Shown piece by piece: positions 29,196 to 39,236 of a DNA stretch of 64,000 nt; positions within the stretch are counted from its first letter, which is position 1; every line of letters begins with the position of its first letter. Under the pieces are notes generated by a model, which saw nothing but the letters and a program-made list of their open reading frames with translations, did no database searches and had not been told where the DNA came from. This stretch comes from a virus. A program made the position numbers and the translations under genes. Where the stretch lies: the IMG/VR virus record IMGVR_UViG_3300044653_000098, positions 77,725 through 141,724 of that record. One strand, given 5' to 3'.

Positions 29196-29867
29196 ATGAG
29201 CACCGAGCTGGCACAGCGGGTCAGGGCGGCACGCAGCCGCACCGACATGGACATCGGCCGCGCCCGCGAGGTGGGCCGGGCCGGGCAGCTGGCCGAGTCC
29301 GCCGTAGCCCGGCTACAGGAGGAGATCGAGCGCCACGAGCGCACGGCGAAGCTGTTCACCACCATTGGCGAGACGCGCCAGGAGCTGGCCCGCCAGCAGA
29401 TCGAGGGTCTCGTCACCCGCGGGCTGCAGACCATCTTCGATGAGGATCTGAGCTTCCACCTCGTGCCGTCGGTGCGGGGGAACAACGCCCAGGTCGACTT
29501 CATGATCCGGTCGGTGCACGACGTGCCGCCAGATCCTGAGAGGCAGACCTACGGGCCGGTCCAGGTCGACACCCCGGTGCTGGAGGCGCGCGGCGGGGGC
29601 ATGGCTGTGGTTGTGGCCTTCATGCTGCGGCTGGTCGTGCTCCTGCTTACGCCAGGCACCCGCAAGGTGCTGTTCCTCGATGAGAGCTTCGCTCACGTCT
29701 CGCGTGGCTACGAGCCGAGAGTGGCCGAGTTCCTGAGAATGGTGAGCGAGAATGCTGGGGTGCAGATAGTTCTGATCACCCACTCTGACGCGTTCTCCGA
29801 CCTTGCCGACGCCCTCTACCGGCTGGAGCTGGAAGGCGGCGTGACCGTGGTGCGCCAGGAGGGCTAA
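29196..29867 (+). CDS. SbcC/Rad50-like ATPase, C-terminal half
   Basis: Signature-like RGGG, Walker B LFLDESF, H-loop LITHS. Confidence 0.8.
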   Translation: MSTELAQRVRAARSRTDMDIGRAREVGRAGQLAESAVARLQEEIERHERTAKLFTTIGETRQELARQQIEGLVTRGLQTIFDEDLSFHLVPSVRGNNAQVDFMIRSVHDVPPDPERQTYGPVQVDTPVLEARGGGMAVVVAFMLRLVVLLLTPGTRKVLFLDESFAHVSRGYEPRVAEFLRMVSENAGVQIVLITHSDAFSDLADALYRLELEGGVTVVRQEG

Positions 29868-30505
29868 TGCGGCCTCTCCTGAGCATTCTCATCGCGACGC
29901 TGGGCAGTCGGCAGGACAAGTTCTTCGAGCTGCTCGATATGCTGCTGCCGCAGGCAGAGGAAAGCGGCGAGGTGGAGGTCACCGGCCTCTACAACCACGG
30001 CGAGCACCGGCTGGCGGTCGTCCGGCAAAGGCTGCTGGAAAGTGCCAGCGGCACGTACCTGTGCTTCGTGGATGACGACGACATGGTCAGTCCGGACTAT
30101 GTGGAGACCCTCCTGGCCGTCCTTCGGGACCACACCCCTGACTCGGTTGGGTTCAAGGTGTTCCTGAGTCACCGTGCCCAGGTCTCCACCTGCAGCCGCG
30201 TCCGCTTTGGCCAGAAGGTTTACGGCCACACCTGGGACTGGGGCATCATGACCCCGGTCCGGACTGAGATCGCCCAGAAGTGCCGGTTCGACACCTACAC
30301 GGGCGGCCGCGTCGGTGAGGACGGCTGGTTCAAGGCCCAGCTGTTGTCCCTGCTCGGCCCCGAGGAGTTCATAGATAAAGTGCTCTATGAGTACCGGTGG
30401 GACGCTGAGGACTCGACGCAGACCCACCTCGCCCGGCAGCCTCGCCTCCCGCGGCCCTACGTTGGGTCACTGGCGTTCCGGTGGCATGAATGGAGCAGCA
30501 GATGA
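29867..30505 (+). CDS. GT-A fold glycosyltransferase (GT2-like)
   Basis: LSILIAT, GTYLCFVDDDD, GED. Confidence 0.75.
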   Translation: MRPLLSILIATLGSRQDKFFELLDMLLPQAEESGEVEVTGLYNHGEHRLAVVRQRLLESASGTYLCFVDDDDMVSPDYVETLLAVLRDHTPDSVGFKVFLSHRAQVSTCSRVRFGQKVYGHTWDWGIMTPVRTEIAQKCRFDTYTGGRVGEDGWFKAQLLSLLGPEEFIDKVLYEYRWDAEDSTQTHLARQPRLPRPYVGSLAFRWHEWSSR

Positions 30506-30693
30506 AAGACCGCAGCAAGATTGTCTACTGCACCATGGACAGCTCTCAGTGGCTGATCCTGATCCCGCCCGCAGGCTTGGTGTCCCCTCCGGTGATAACC
30601 CTGCATCAGTCATTTGTCGGGCCCGTGGAGTTCTACCACGCCTCGGCCTACAACATCCCGGTGCCCGACGACGCTAAGGCGGCCGCGAAATGA
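30502..30693 (+). CDS. small hypothetical protein
   Basis: ATGA overlaps at both ends. Confidence 0.5.
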   Translation: MKDRSKIVYCTMDSSQWLILIPPAGLVSPPVITLHQSFVGPVEFYHASAYNIPVPDDAKAAAK

Positions 30694-33641
30694 CCAGTCC
30701 TGCGTCCGTCCAGAGCTGGCTCGACCAGACCGCCTACAAGATGGACCTGAGCTGCCAGTACCTCGGGGATGAGCCGAACACCCTGAACCGGGACTGGGAC
30801 TCCGCCACGCTGCGGTGGCTCATGTGCGCGAGCTGGCCCTATGAGCATGCGGCCGGCAACCAGTCGATCCCCTACGTCGCCAAGGCGGTCACTGATGCTT
30901 CCCCGCATTATCTGTGCGACCGGTTCTACCTGCCTGCGACGCCACGCGATATGCGACTTCTGGAGCGCGGGGGCGTGCCCGTATTCGGTATCGAATCAAA
31001 GCACCAGCTCAGTGACTTTGACGTGGTGGGAACCTCTATCTCCTACCTTGTTCTGCTGATGAACTTCGCCAAGATGCTGACCATGAGCGGGATTCCGCTG
31101 CGGTGGCGCGAGCGGGAGGACGACCCCGGCGCCTACCCCATGGTCATCATCGGCGGCCAGGCGTTCAGCGCCCCTGCTGCGATGGAGCCGATCGCGGATT
31201 GCATCTGGCTGGGCGAGGCCGACACCGAGCCCGGCAACGGCGGGATGGCCGCGGTGTGCCGGAGGATCGAGGAGTTCAAGGCCGACGGCTCCTGGCGGCA
31301 GGACCGGATCGGGTGCTACCGCGAGCTGGCGCTGGAGTTCGGGTACCTGCACTTCCCGCGGTTCGTGAAGACGCACTACCGGTACGAGGACCGCGGCCTG
31401 CCGCAGCCCTCGAAGGTGGTTGCGGGCTATGAGTCCCTGCTGCCGGGCATGACCTTCCCCCGGCGCTCGCGCCGGGTCCGCGACATGAACGCCATCTCCC
31501 CGCTGACCGCCGCGCCGCTGCTGTACTCCGACCCCGCGCTCGGCGCCGGGGACATGGAAGTCGCCCGCGGCTGCCCGGCGTGGTGCAGCTTCTGCCGGCT
31601 GAGCTGGCTGACCAAGCCGTACCGCCAGCGGGACGTCGCCTTGTCCGTCGAGCACGCTGCTCAGTGGCACCGCGCCATGGGTGCGGTCGAGCTGAGCCCG
31701 TTCGCCCCGGACTTCCCGATGCACACGCAGCGCCAGCTGCTGATCAAGCAGTTGCTGGAGCAGGTCAACGACGAGGCCGACGCGGTGGCCATGCGCATTG
31801 ACGACGCCATCGCGGACAAGGGCGTTTACATCCAGCTCCAGGCCCTCGGCGGGATGGACGCGATCACCCTCGGCCTGGAGGGCAACTCCCAGCGCATGCG
31901 TGACCTCGTCGGCAAGGGCACCTCCGACAACGAGGTGATCGAGGCGGTCCGGCAGGGGATCCAGGCTGGCCTGCGCAAGTTCAAGCTCTTCATGATCACC
32001 AACCTGCCCGGCGAGGAGAAGGGCGACGTCCTGCGGATCGTCCGGCTGGGCGAGCAGCTGGCCGCGGTCCGCGACGAGCTGGGGCAGCCAAACGTCCAGA
32101 TCCAGTTCAGCTGGACTCCGCTGCTCATCGAGATGGGCACGCCGTTCCAGTGGTTCGCCGTGACCCACGCCGACCACACGCTGATCAAGATCGCTGAGTT
32201 CTTCCGCGACCTGAAGATCGCCTTCAAGATCGGGACCAAGGCCGAGCCCAACAAGGTGGCATTCTTCCAGCTGTGCCAGCGAGCCTCCGCCGAGGTGGGC
32301 GAGGCGATCGTGGACGTCATGGAGGAGATGGACATCGCCTGCTGGGGTGGTGTGCCCCGCGGCGATCCAGGCAAGCGCAACGGGATGAAGGACCGGCTGG
32401 AGGACGCCCTGATCGCCCACGGCTTCCTCAACGGTTTCGATGACTGCTTTGACGAGCGTCGCCTGCGTGACCTGTTCGGCGCCGAGTACATCGACACCGG
32501 GGTGCCCCGCCGGCTGCTGTGGAGCACCTATCTCCAGATGGTGGAGTTCCTGGAGCAGACGGACGCCGACACCTACGACGACCTGCTCGACCCGGCCTAC
32601 CGCGGCAACGAGTGGGTCGGCCGGTGCGACACCGCCTGCCAGGGCAATTCCTGCGGAGTGTGCTCACGCAGTGACTTGGAGTTGCGACGGGACTACATCA
32701 GTGCTGCGAAGAATGAGCTGACCACCGGCCTAGCGGGGGTCCGGCCGATCGACCAGTCTTCGGTGGTCATGCGCATCCGGCTCCGGCTGGTCCGGAGCGA
32801 GAAGTACCGCTTCGTCGGCAACGACCACTGGCGGTTCGCGGTCCGGCGCGCGGCCTACCAGGCCGCCTACGCCATGGCCAACACGCTGCCTTCCGGCTTC
32901 TCGATAGCCAAGCGCACCATCCGCTTCGCCAGCGATAGGTTCGGCAGCCAGGGGCTGGCGGGCACCGACTACGTCGAGTTCGGGATCACCCGCGAGCTGG
33001 ATGACTGGCAGCTGCACGCGTTCGTTGCCGGGATGTCAGCTCTTCTGGACCGGTGGGTGTCGGTGATCGAGGAGAGCCGGACCCAGCTGCCCCCGGTGGC
33101 CGGGGAGCTGCGCAAGGACGCGGATGTCAGCTTCTGCTCTATGACCCTGGCAGCGAGCCCTGACGTGGCCGCTGCGCGCCTCGCAGCCTGGGGCCGGGCA
33201 GAGACCGTGCCCATGATCCTGCGCCATCCTGGGGTCTACTTCGGGCTCGCCGCCGAGGAGGTCGACGCCCGCGAGTTCGTGGACGACATGTGGGTGGCTG
33301 CCACCGGCAACAAGCTCGAACTCAAGATGTTCACCCGCGGGGAGCCGGGGCCCTACCAGCTGATGTCGACGCTCATGGGCAAAAAGAGCTGGATCGAGGC
33401 CATGGCTCACCCGGCGTGGCGGCATGACTTCTTCCTGCCTGGCGCGACCGGGCTGGCTGCCATCCAGGGCGACATGCTGGCGGCCGCCTGCACGGAGTGC
33501 GGGCTGCCAGTGCCATACGGCGCCGACGGCCAGCCGTGGCTGCGCGCAGACCTCAGCGACTCCCTCGACATCTGCCCGCGGTGTCTCGATGAGCGCCATG
33601 GCCGGGTGCTCGCGGGCCTGCCCCGCCTCGCGGCCGTATAA
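30690..33641 (+). CDS. large radical SAM protein (B12-binding-like N-domain, rSAM core, C-terminal accessory domain)
   Basis: EVARGCPAWCSFC (CxxxCxxC), EGNSQRMR, KLFMITNLPGE, CQGNSCGVC. Confidence 0.8.
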   Translation: MTSPASVQSWLDQTAYKMDLSCQYLGDEPNTLNRDWDSATLRWLMCASWPYEHAAGNQSIPYVAKAVTDASPHYLCDRFYLPATPRDMRLLERGGVPVFGIESKHQLSDFDVVGTSISYLVLLMNFAKMLTMSGIPLRWREREDDPGAYPMVIIGGQAFSAPAAMEPIADCIWLGEADTEPGNGGMAAVCRRIEEFKADGSWRQDRIGCYRELALEFGYLHFPRFVKTHYRYEDRGLPQPSKVVAGYESLLPGMTFPRRSRRVRDMNAISPLTAAPLLYSDPALGAGDMEVARGCPAWCSFCRLSWLTKPYRQRDVALSVEHAAQWHRAMGAVELSPFAPDFPMHTQRQLLIKQLLEQVNDEADAVAMRIDDAIADKGVYIQLQALGGMDAITLGLEGNSQRMRDLVGKGTSDNEVIEAVRQGIQAGLRKFKLFMITNLPGEEKGDVLRIVRLGEQLAAVRDELGQPNVQIQFSWTPLLIEMGTPFQWFAVTHADHTLIKIAEFFRDLKIAFKIGTKAEPNKVAFFQLCQRASAEVGEAIVDVMEEMDIACWGGVPRGDPGKRNGMKDRLEDALIAHGFLNGFDDCFDERRLRDLFGAEYIDTGVPRRLLWSTYLQMVEFLEQTDADTYDDLLDPAYRGNEWVGRCDTACQGNSCGVCSRSDLELRRDYISAAKNELTTGLAGVRPIDQSSVVMRIRLRLVRSEKYRFVGNDHWRFAVRRAAYQAAYAMANTLPSGFSIAKRTIRFASDRFGSQGLAGTDYVEFGITRELDDWQLHAFVAGMSALLDRWVSVIEESRTQLPPVAGELRKDADVSFCSMTLAASPDVAAARLAAWGRAETVPMILRHPGVYFGLAAEEVDAREFVDDMWVAATGNKLELKMFTRGEPGPYQLMSTLMGKKSWIEAMAHPAWRHDFFLPGATGLAAIQGDMLAAACTECGLPVPYGADGQPWLRADLSDSLDICPRCLDERHGRVLAGLPRLAAV

Positions 33642-33770
33642 GGCACCAAGCAGCACTCCCTAACCGAGCTGGGGAGCGCAGCAGGCGCGGAGGGCGCCGG
33701 TATCCAAGTATGGCTACTGGGATCGCACGTCGCCCTCCGCGCCGAATAGCCCAGGAGTCTGGAGGGCGCG

Positions 33771-34019
33771 GTGGCCGAGGTGTGGGTTGACGGGGCGGTG
33801 TCCTGTTATGACCCTGAGTGCTCCGGCCACGCCGAGCCCGAGAGTGACGGCGAGACGCGCTGGTACGAGTGCACGAAGTGCGGCTACCAGTTCGAGTTCC
33901 GGGTGGTCCGCCAGGCGGACTCCGGAACCTGCGCCATCGGTGTGAGCGCCGAGACCCGGCGTGCCGCTCCTGGACCGGTCCTACTGCAGATCGGGAGGCG
34001 GCCAGATGACCGACACTGA
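33771..34019 (+). CDS. small zinc-ribbon protein
   Basis: CYDPEC..YECTKCG. Confidence 0.55.
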   Translation: MAEVWVDGAVSCYDPECSGHAEPESDGETRWYECTKCGYQFEFRVVRQADSGTCAIGVSAETRRAAPGPVLLQIGRRPDDRH

Positions 34020-34578
34020 GACAGCACAGCAGCCCAAGTCCCTGAGCGCGATGGCTGACGAGGTTCTGGCATGGTGCCAGGACAAGGGCTGGTACGACAC
34101 CCCGGTCAGCTTCGCGGAGGCCATGGCCCTGCTGCACAGCGAGGTGGCCGAGGTCTCCGAAGCGTGGCGGCAGTGGGGGCTGGCTGACAACACTGCCGTG
34201 CTCACGTATACCGACCAGGCCACCGGACAGTACGCACTGGCAAAACCCGAGGGCGTCGGCAGCGAGTTCGGAGACATCCTGATCCGGTGGCTGGACGACT
34301 CCCGGCGCTTTGGCGTCGACCCCGACCTCAAGGTCAACTCGCTGCCCAAGATCTCCAGCTCGTTCCTGGAGAACATGAACGCGCTGCACACGCTGATCGC
34401 CTCGTCGTCCGAGGCGTTCTACGAGAACGACGCTTGGTGGTACCGCAAGCACGCCCGGATCGTCACGTTCCTGCTCCAGCTCTGCGCGCACTACGAGATC
34501 GATCTGCAGGCGGAGTACGAGCGGAAGATGGCCTACAACCGCACCCGTGCCTACCGGCACGGCGGTAAGCGCCAGTAA
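34006..34578 (+). CDS. MazG-like nucleotide pyrophosphohydrolase
   Basis: ALLHSEVAEVSEAWR, SEFGDILIR, KMAYNRTRAYRHGGK. Confidence 0.8.
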   Translation: MTDTETAQQPKSLSAMADEVLAWCQDKGWYDTPVSFAEAMALLHSEVAEVSEAWRQWGLADNTAVLTYTDQATGQYALAKPEGVGSEFGDILIRWLDDSRRFGVDPDLKVNSLPKISSSFLENMNALHTLIASSSEAFYENDAWWYRKHARIVTFLLQLCAHYEIDLQAEYERKMAYNRTRAYRHGGKRQ

Positions 34579-34784
34579 TGGCTGGCGGAAGGCCCCAGAA
34601 GTACCCGTGGGATGAGTGGGCGGACGGCCGTGAGCATGTGATCTCCCGCGGCACGCACTTCCAGGTGCCGGTGGAGACCATGCGGGTCAATCTGCACAAG
34701 TTCGCTGTCGGCCAGCGGCTGAAGGTGAGCACGCGCCGCCGGCAGGACAGCCTGAAGTTCACGTTCTCGGAGGCAGCTACATGA
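34578..34784 (+). CDS. small DNA-binding-like hypothetical protein
   Basis: GRPQKYPWDEWADG; coupled. Confidence 0.55.
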   Translation: MAGGRPQKYPWDEWADGREHVISRGTHFQVPVETMRVNLHKFAVGQRLKVSTRRRQDSLKFTFSEAAT

Positions 34785-35944
34785 TCGGTGACGACCTGGA
34801 ATCCCTGGCTCTGCGCTACCGCCCGCGGCGGTTCGCTGACGTGGCCGGCCAGCTTGCTTCGGTGGCGGTGCTCTACCAGATGTCTATCCGCGGGAAGATC
34901 CCGGGCGCCTCGATCCTCTATGGCAACCGGGGGTCAGGCAAGACCACCTCAGCCCGGATCGTCGCGGCCGCTCTCAACTGCAAGGCAGGCCCCGGGCAGC
35001 CGGACGCCTACCCGTGCCTGGACTGCCCGTCCTGCCGGGCGGTGTGGAACAACACCAGCCTGGACTACATGGAAATCGACGCCGCGAGCAACGGCTCGGC
35101 CGAGAAGGTGCGCACGCTTCGTGAGGAGCTGGCCTACTCCAGCTCGACCGGGCAGCGGGTTGTGGTCCTGGACGAGGCGCACTCGATGTCCGTGGTGGCG
35201 TTCAATGCCATCCTCAAGCTGCTGGAGGAGCCACCTCCCGGTGTGTCGTTCATCCTGTGCACCACCGAGCTGGCCAAGATTCTGGCCACGGTGCGCAGCC
35301 GGTGTGTCCCGTTCCGGTTCGCCCGGCTGGGGATCGACGTCATCGCCTCCCGGCTGGCCTGGATCTGCCAGCAGGAGAGCATCCCGGCCGAGCCAGCGCT
35401 GCTGGCTGCCATCGCTGAGCAGGCTGACGGCGCTATGCGCGACGCGGTCATGACGCTGGACCAGCTGCAGAGCGTGGGGATCTACGACCTCGCCCGCTTC
35501 CAGGCCATGACCGGCTGGGCCGACTACGCTCCGGGCCTCATCTCCGCCATGCTGGCCGGGGACGACGCCTCGATGTTCACCCAGCTCGACACGGTGCTTC
35601 AGCAGAACGGCGACTACGCCGAGGTGAGCACCAAGCTGACGGGCTGCCTGCGGGACATTCTGGTGCTGCTCGGCGGCGGCCAGATCACCGCTCAGGGAGC
35701 TGCCCTGGAGGCCCGCACGTCACTGGCTAGCCGGCTGGACGCCCCGCGTGTTGCCCGCGCCATGCGGGTGATGTGGGAGCTGAAGACCCGGGTGGCCAAG
35801 ACTGAGCCCAAGGCCACCCTGGAGCTGGCGTGCTCGGTGATCTCCGCCGAGCTGCGCCCGCCGCAGGCCGCCCCGTCGCTGTCCGCGGTGCCGCAGCCGC
35901 TGACCCTCGCTCAGATGGGGAACGGGCACCGCGTTTCTGCCTGA
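34781..35944 (+). CDS. dnaX: DNA polymerase III gamma/tau clamp loader subunit
   Basis: LALRYRP, GNRGSGKTT, C4 Zn motif, EIDAASN, DEAHSM, SRC, GAMRDA. Confidence 0.92.
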   Translation: MIGDDLESLALRYRPRRFADVAGQLASVAVLYQMSIRGKIPGASILYGNRGSGKTTSARIVAAALNCKAGPGQPDAYPCLDCPSCRAVWNNTSLDYMEIDAASNGSAEKVRTLREELAYSSSTGQRVVVLDEAHSMSVVAFNAILKLLEEPPPGVSFILCTTELAKILATVRSRCVPFRFARLGIDVIASRLAWICQQESIPAEPALLAAIAEQADGAMRDAVMTLDQLQSVGIYDLARFQAMTGWADYAPGLISAMLAGDDASMFTQLDTVLQQNGDYAEVSTKLTGCLRDILVLLGGGQITAQGAALEARTSLASRLDAPRVARAMRVMWELKTRVAKTEPKATLELACSVISAELRPPQAAPSLSAVPQPLTLAQMGNGHRVSA

Positions 35945-35980
35945 GGCTGCCGCCGGTCACCGGGTGGCGATAGCTCGTGC

Positions 35981-36937
35981 ATGAGAATCCTGGTGACCGG
36001 CGGGGCCGGCTTTATCGGGTCGGCCCTGGTTCGCCGGCTGGCAGGGGAAGATCATGAGGTCGTCGCGCTGGACGACTGCTCCCGCGGGCAGTTCGAGCGC
36101 CTGACGGGGGTGCCCTGCCGCCGGATTCCCGGGGATGTCCGGGATGAGGACGCGGTCCTGGAGGGTATGCAGGGCTGCGATGCTGTGATTCACGCCGCGT
36201 ACTTGCAGGGCACTCAGACGTTTTACGCCGAGCCCAGGCAGGTTCTCGACGTCGCACTGCGCGGGATCCTGAACGTCCTGTCGGCCTGTGAGAAGCGCGG
36301 GACTCCTGACCTGCTGCTCATCTCCAGCTCCGAGGCATACCAGGTTGCTCCCACGGTGCCGACGCCTGAGGAGATCCCGCTCGTCGTCCCCGATGTGCAG
36401 AACCCGCGGTACAGCTACGGGGGCGGGAAGATCTCCTCCGAGCTGGCTACTCTCGCCTGGCATCACGCCGGGGTGCTCGACCGCGCCATCATCGCCCGGC
36501 CGCACAACGTCGTTGGCCCGGACATGGGCCGCGAGCATGTGATCCCGGAGTTCGCCATCCGGATGGGCAAGCTCGTGCGCGAGTACCGCAGCGGGATCAT
36601 CCCGTTCCCGATCCAGGGCACGGGCGAGGAGACGCGCAGCTTCTGCTACATAGATGACTGCGTGGAGCAGCTGTACCGGCTGCTCATGCGTGCGCCGGAG
36701 GGCCCGAGCGTCTGGCACGTCGGGAACATGGACGAGCGCACGATAGCTGACGTCGCGCACGCTGTGGCTGCCTGCTACGGCCGGGAGATCAAGGTCGTCC
36801 CCGGCAAGCTTCCCAAGGGCTCGCCCCCGCGGCGCCTGCCGGACACGGCCAAGATCGAGGCTCTCGGATATAAGGCCGTGGTTCCCTTTGATGAGGCTGT
36901 GCGGCGTTCCGTGGAGTGGTACCAGCACAATGGGTGA
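35981..36937 (+). CDS. NAD-dependent nucleotide-sugar epimerase/dehydratase
   Basis: ILVTGGAGFIGS, ISSSEAY, YGGGK, TRSFCYIDD. Confidence 0.9.
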   Translation: MRILVTGGAGFIGSALVRRLAGEDHEVVALDDCSRGQFERLTGVPCRRIPGDVRDEDAVLEGMQGCDAVIHAAYLQGTQTFYAEPRQVLDVALRGILNVLSACEKRGTPDLLLISSSEAYQVAPTVPTPEEIPLVVPDVQNPRYSYGGGKISSELATLAWHHAGVLDRAIIARPHNVVGPDMGREHVIPEFAIRMGKLVREYRSGIIPFPIQGTGEETRSFCYIDDCVEQLYRLLMRAPEGPSVWHVGNMDERTIADVAHAVAACYGREIKVVPGKLPKGSPPRRLPDTAKIEALGYKAVVPFDEAVRRSVEWYQHNG

Positions 36938-38060
36938 GGTAACCGAGTGCGGGATCTGCGGCAGCCCGGAGCTGGACCGCATCCTGGACATGGGTTTGCA
37001 GCCGCTGGCCGAGCGCGAGAGTGATCTGTACCCGCTGGCTCTGCTGAAGTGCTCGAACTGCACGCTGGTGCAGCTCAGTTACATCGTGGATCAGCAGGAG
37101 GTGTTCCCGCTCAACCACCCGTACGCCACCGGCAACACCAGGTTCCTGCGGGAGCACTTCGCTAAGCTGGCCGCCGAGCTGGCGGACCAGAGGCTGAAGC
37201 CCGGCGATCTGGCGGTCGACATAGGCGCCAACGACGGCACCCTGCTGGCTGCGATCGGGCTGGCAGCGCCGGGCGTGCGTCTGGCCGCGGTCGAGCCCAC
37301 CAACCAGGCCCGCAAGTGCCGTGAGCGCGGCATCAGCACCTACCAGAAGTTCTTCACGCCCGCGGTGGCCGGCGAGATCCTGCACGACCTCGGATGGGCC
37401 AAGGTCGTCATCGCCAGCAATGTGCTGGCTCACGTCCCGGACCCGCACGGGTTCGTGCACGGGGTCACCACGCTGCTGGACCCCGCTGGCGGGGTGTTCA
37501 TTACCGAGAACCATGATTGGGCCAGCATCCTCAATGGTCTGCAGGTAGACACCATCTACCACGAGCATCTGAGGTACTACTCTGTCGCGGCTCTGTCGCA
37601 TCTGCTGGCCGTGCACGGCCTTGAGGTGGCCGGTGTCGAGCCGGTGCCGACACACGGGGGATCCCTGCGGGTGACCGCCCGCAAGACCAGAGGCTCGCTC
37701 AGGGACCGCTCCCGGGACGCCATGTACCGGCTGCGTAACCTGCTGGCCCAGGCAGCGGCTCGTGGCGCGGTCTACGGCATCGGAGCGGCGACCCGCGCGA
37801 CGCCGCTGATCCACTATGCGGATATCGCCGGCTTTATCGACTGCGTCTGCGAGGTCTCCACCAGCGAGAAGATAGGAACGTGCATGCCGGGCACCTCTAT
37901 CCCGGTGGTGGACGAGGCCAAGCTGGTGGCTGACCAGCCGCCGCACGCTCTGCTGTTCTCCTGGCACATCGCGGACAGTCTGGTCCCCAAGCTCCGTGAG
38001 ATGGGTTACCGTGGCAGGCTGATCGTCCCCCTCCCAGAGCCGAGGATCATAGATGGCTGA
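36930..38060 (+). CDS. NDP-sugar C-methyltransferase
   Basis: CGICG..CSNCTLVQL Zn domain, DIGANDG, NVLAHV, DTIYHEH, HGGSLR, YGIGA. Confidence 0.85.
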   Translation: MGEVTECGICGSPELDRILDMGLQPLAERESDLYPLALLKCSNCTLVQLSYIVDQQEVFPLNHPYATGNTRFLREHFAKLAAELADQRLKPGDLAVDIGANDGTLLAAIGLAAPGVRLAAVEPTNQARKCRERGISTYQKFFTPAVAGEILHDLGWAKVVIASNVLAHVPDPHGFVHGVTTLLDPAGGVFITENHDWASILNGLQVDTIYHEHLRYYSVAALSHLLAVHGLEVAGVEPVPTHGGSLRVTARKTRGSLRDRSRDAMYRLRNLLAQAAARGAVYGIGAATRATPLIHYADIAGFIDCVCEVSTSEKIGTCMPGTSIPVVDEAKLVADQPPHALLFSWHIADSLVPKLREMGYRGRLIVPLPEPRIIDG

Positions 38061-38415
38061 CCGGTTCGAGGATCACCGTGGCGTGATCCAGGACATCCTG
38101 CCCGGCCCGATCGACTGCGTCACCCGGATCTTCACCCGGGCCGGGATGGTTCGCGGGAACCATATTCACCGCGAGACCCACCAGTGGACCTACATCATCA
38201 GCGGGACCATGGAGACGGTCCTGTCGGATGATGTAGGGCGTGTGCACACGGATACCCGCATGACGGGCGACCTGTTCCACGAGCCTCCGGGGATGGCGCA
38301 CGCCTGGAGAGCTGTGTCCGATGTCTGGGTGCTGGTTTTTACCCGTGGGCCGCGCTCGGGCGAGAACTACGAGAGCGACGTCCAGCGCCTGGCACCGGAG
38401 GAACACCTGCTGTGA
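38053..38415 (+). CDS. cupin-fold sugar isomerase/epimerase
   Basis: EDHRG, RGNHIH..Q, PPGMAHA. Confidence 0.75.
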   Translation: MADRFEDHRGVIQDILPGPIDCVTRIFTRAGMVRGNHIHRETHQWTYIISGTMETVLSDDVGRVHTDTRMTGDLFHEPPGMAHAWRAVSDVWVLVFTRGPRSGENYESDVQRLAPEEHLL

Positions 38416-39236
38416 GCGACTTCAAGGACATGTGCGTCATCGTGATGGCGTGGCGCAGGCCCTACTACCTGAAGCAGACCCTGGAGTCCTGGGCAGCGGC
38501 CGACGGCATCAAGGACATCCGCAGCTTCATCGTCGGGCTCGGAGAGCACCCGCGCAAAGGCGAGAACCTGGCTGTCATAGCCGAGGCTGAGCAGGCGATG
38601 GGGCGCCCGATCTGGATCCTGGAGGACAGCGACCGGGCCAAGGCCAGCCCGGCCATGCACCGCCCTATGGCCGAGGCGTGCAACGCCGCCTGGGGCAGCC
38701 ACGTCGAGGGCGTGCCGGACGCCGGGTGGGTGATCCTGTCGGAGGAGGACAACACCGTCGCTGATGACGTTCTGCACTACAACAGCTGGTGCCGCGATAC
38801 CTTCCAGGACCGTAAGGATGTGCTGCTGGTCTGCTCCCACGACATCCCCTGGGTGGAGGGCTGGTTCGGGCCCGCGCCGGCTGAGCGTGAGCCGCTGCGC
38901 GCCGACGGCGACCCCAACCCCGAGATCGTCCGGCTCAAGCTCGGGTTCGACTCCCACGCCTGGGGCACGTGGCGCGACCGGTGGGAGCAGATCCTGGAGC
39001 CCACCTGGGACTATGAGTGTAACTCCGGCGGCCCCGACAACTCCGGGTGCGACTGGAACATCGCCACCCGGGTCATGCCCAACGGCGGGTATCTAGCGGC
39101 CTGCCCCGATGCCTCCCGCTCGTGCAACATCGGCCGCGATGAGGGCGTCTACATGCGCCCGGAGAACTGGCACGTCAATGAGGCGTTCAAGCCGGTTTAC
39201 GGGCAGCAGAAGTACCGGCTGGTCGAGGGCTCCTGA
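38412..39236 (+). CDS. glycosyltransferase (GT-A, GT13-like)
   Basis: VMAWRRPYYLKQTLES, ILSEED, WGTWRDRW, NIG. Confidence 0.7.
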   Translation: MSDFKDMCVIVMAWRRPYYLKQTLESWAAADGIKDIRSFIVGLGEHPRKGENLAVIAEAEQAMGRPIWILEDSDRAKASPAMHRPMAEACNAAWGSHVEGVPDAGWVILSEEDNTVADDVLHYNSWCRDTFQDRKDVLLVCSHDIPWVEGWFGPAPAEREPLRADGDPNPEIVRLKLGFDSHAWGTWRDRWEQILEPTWDYECNSGGPDNSGCDWNIATRVMPNGGYLAACPDASRSCNIGRDEGVYMRPENWHVNEAFKPVYGQQKYRLVEGS

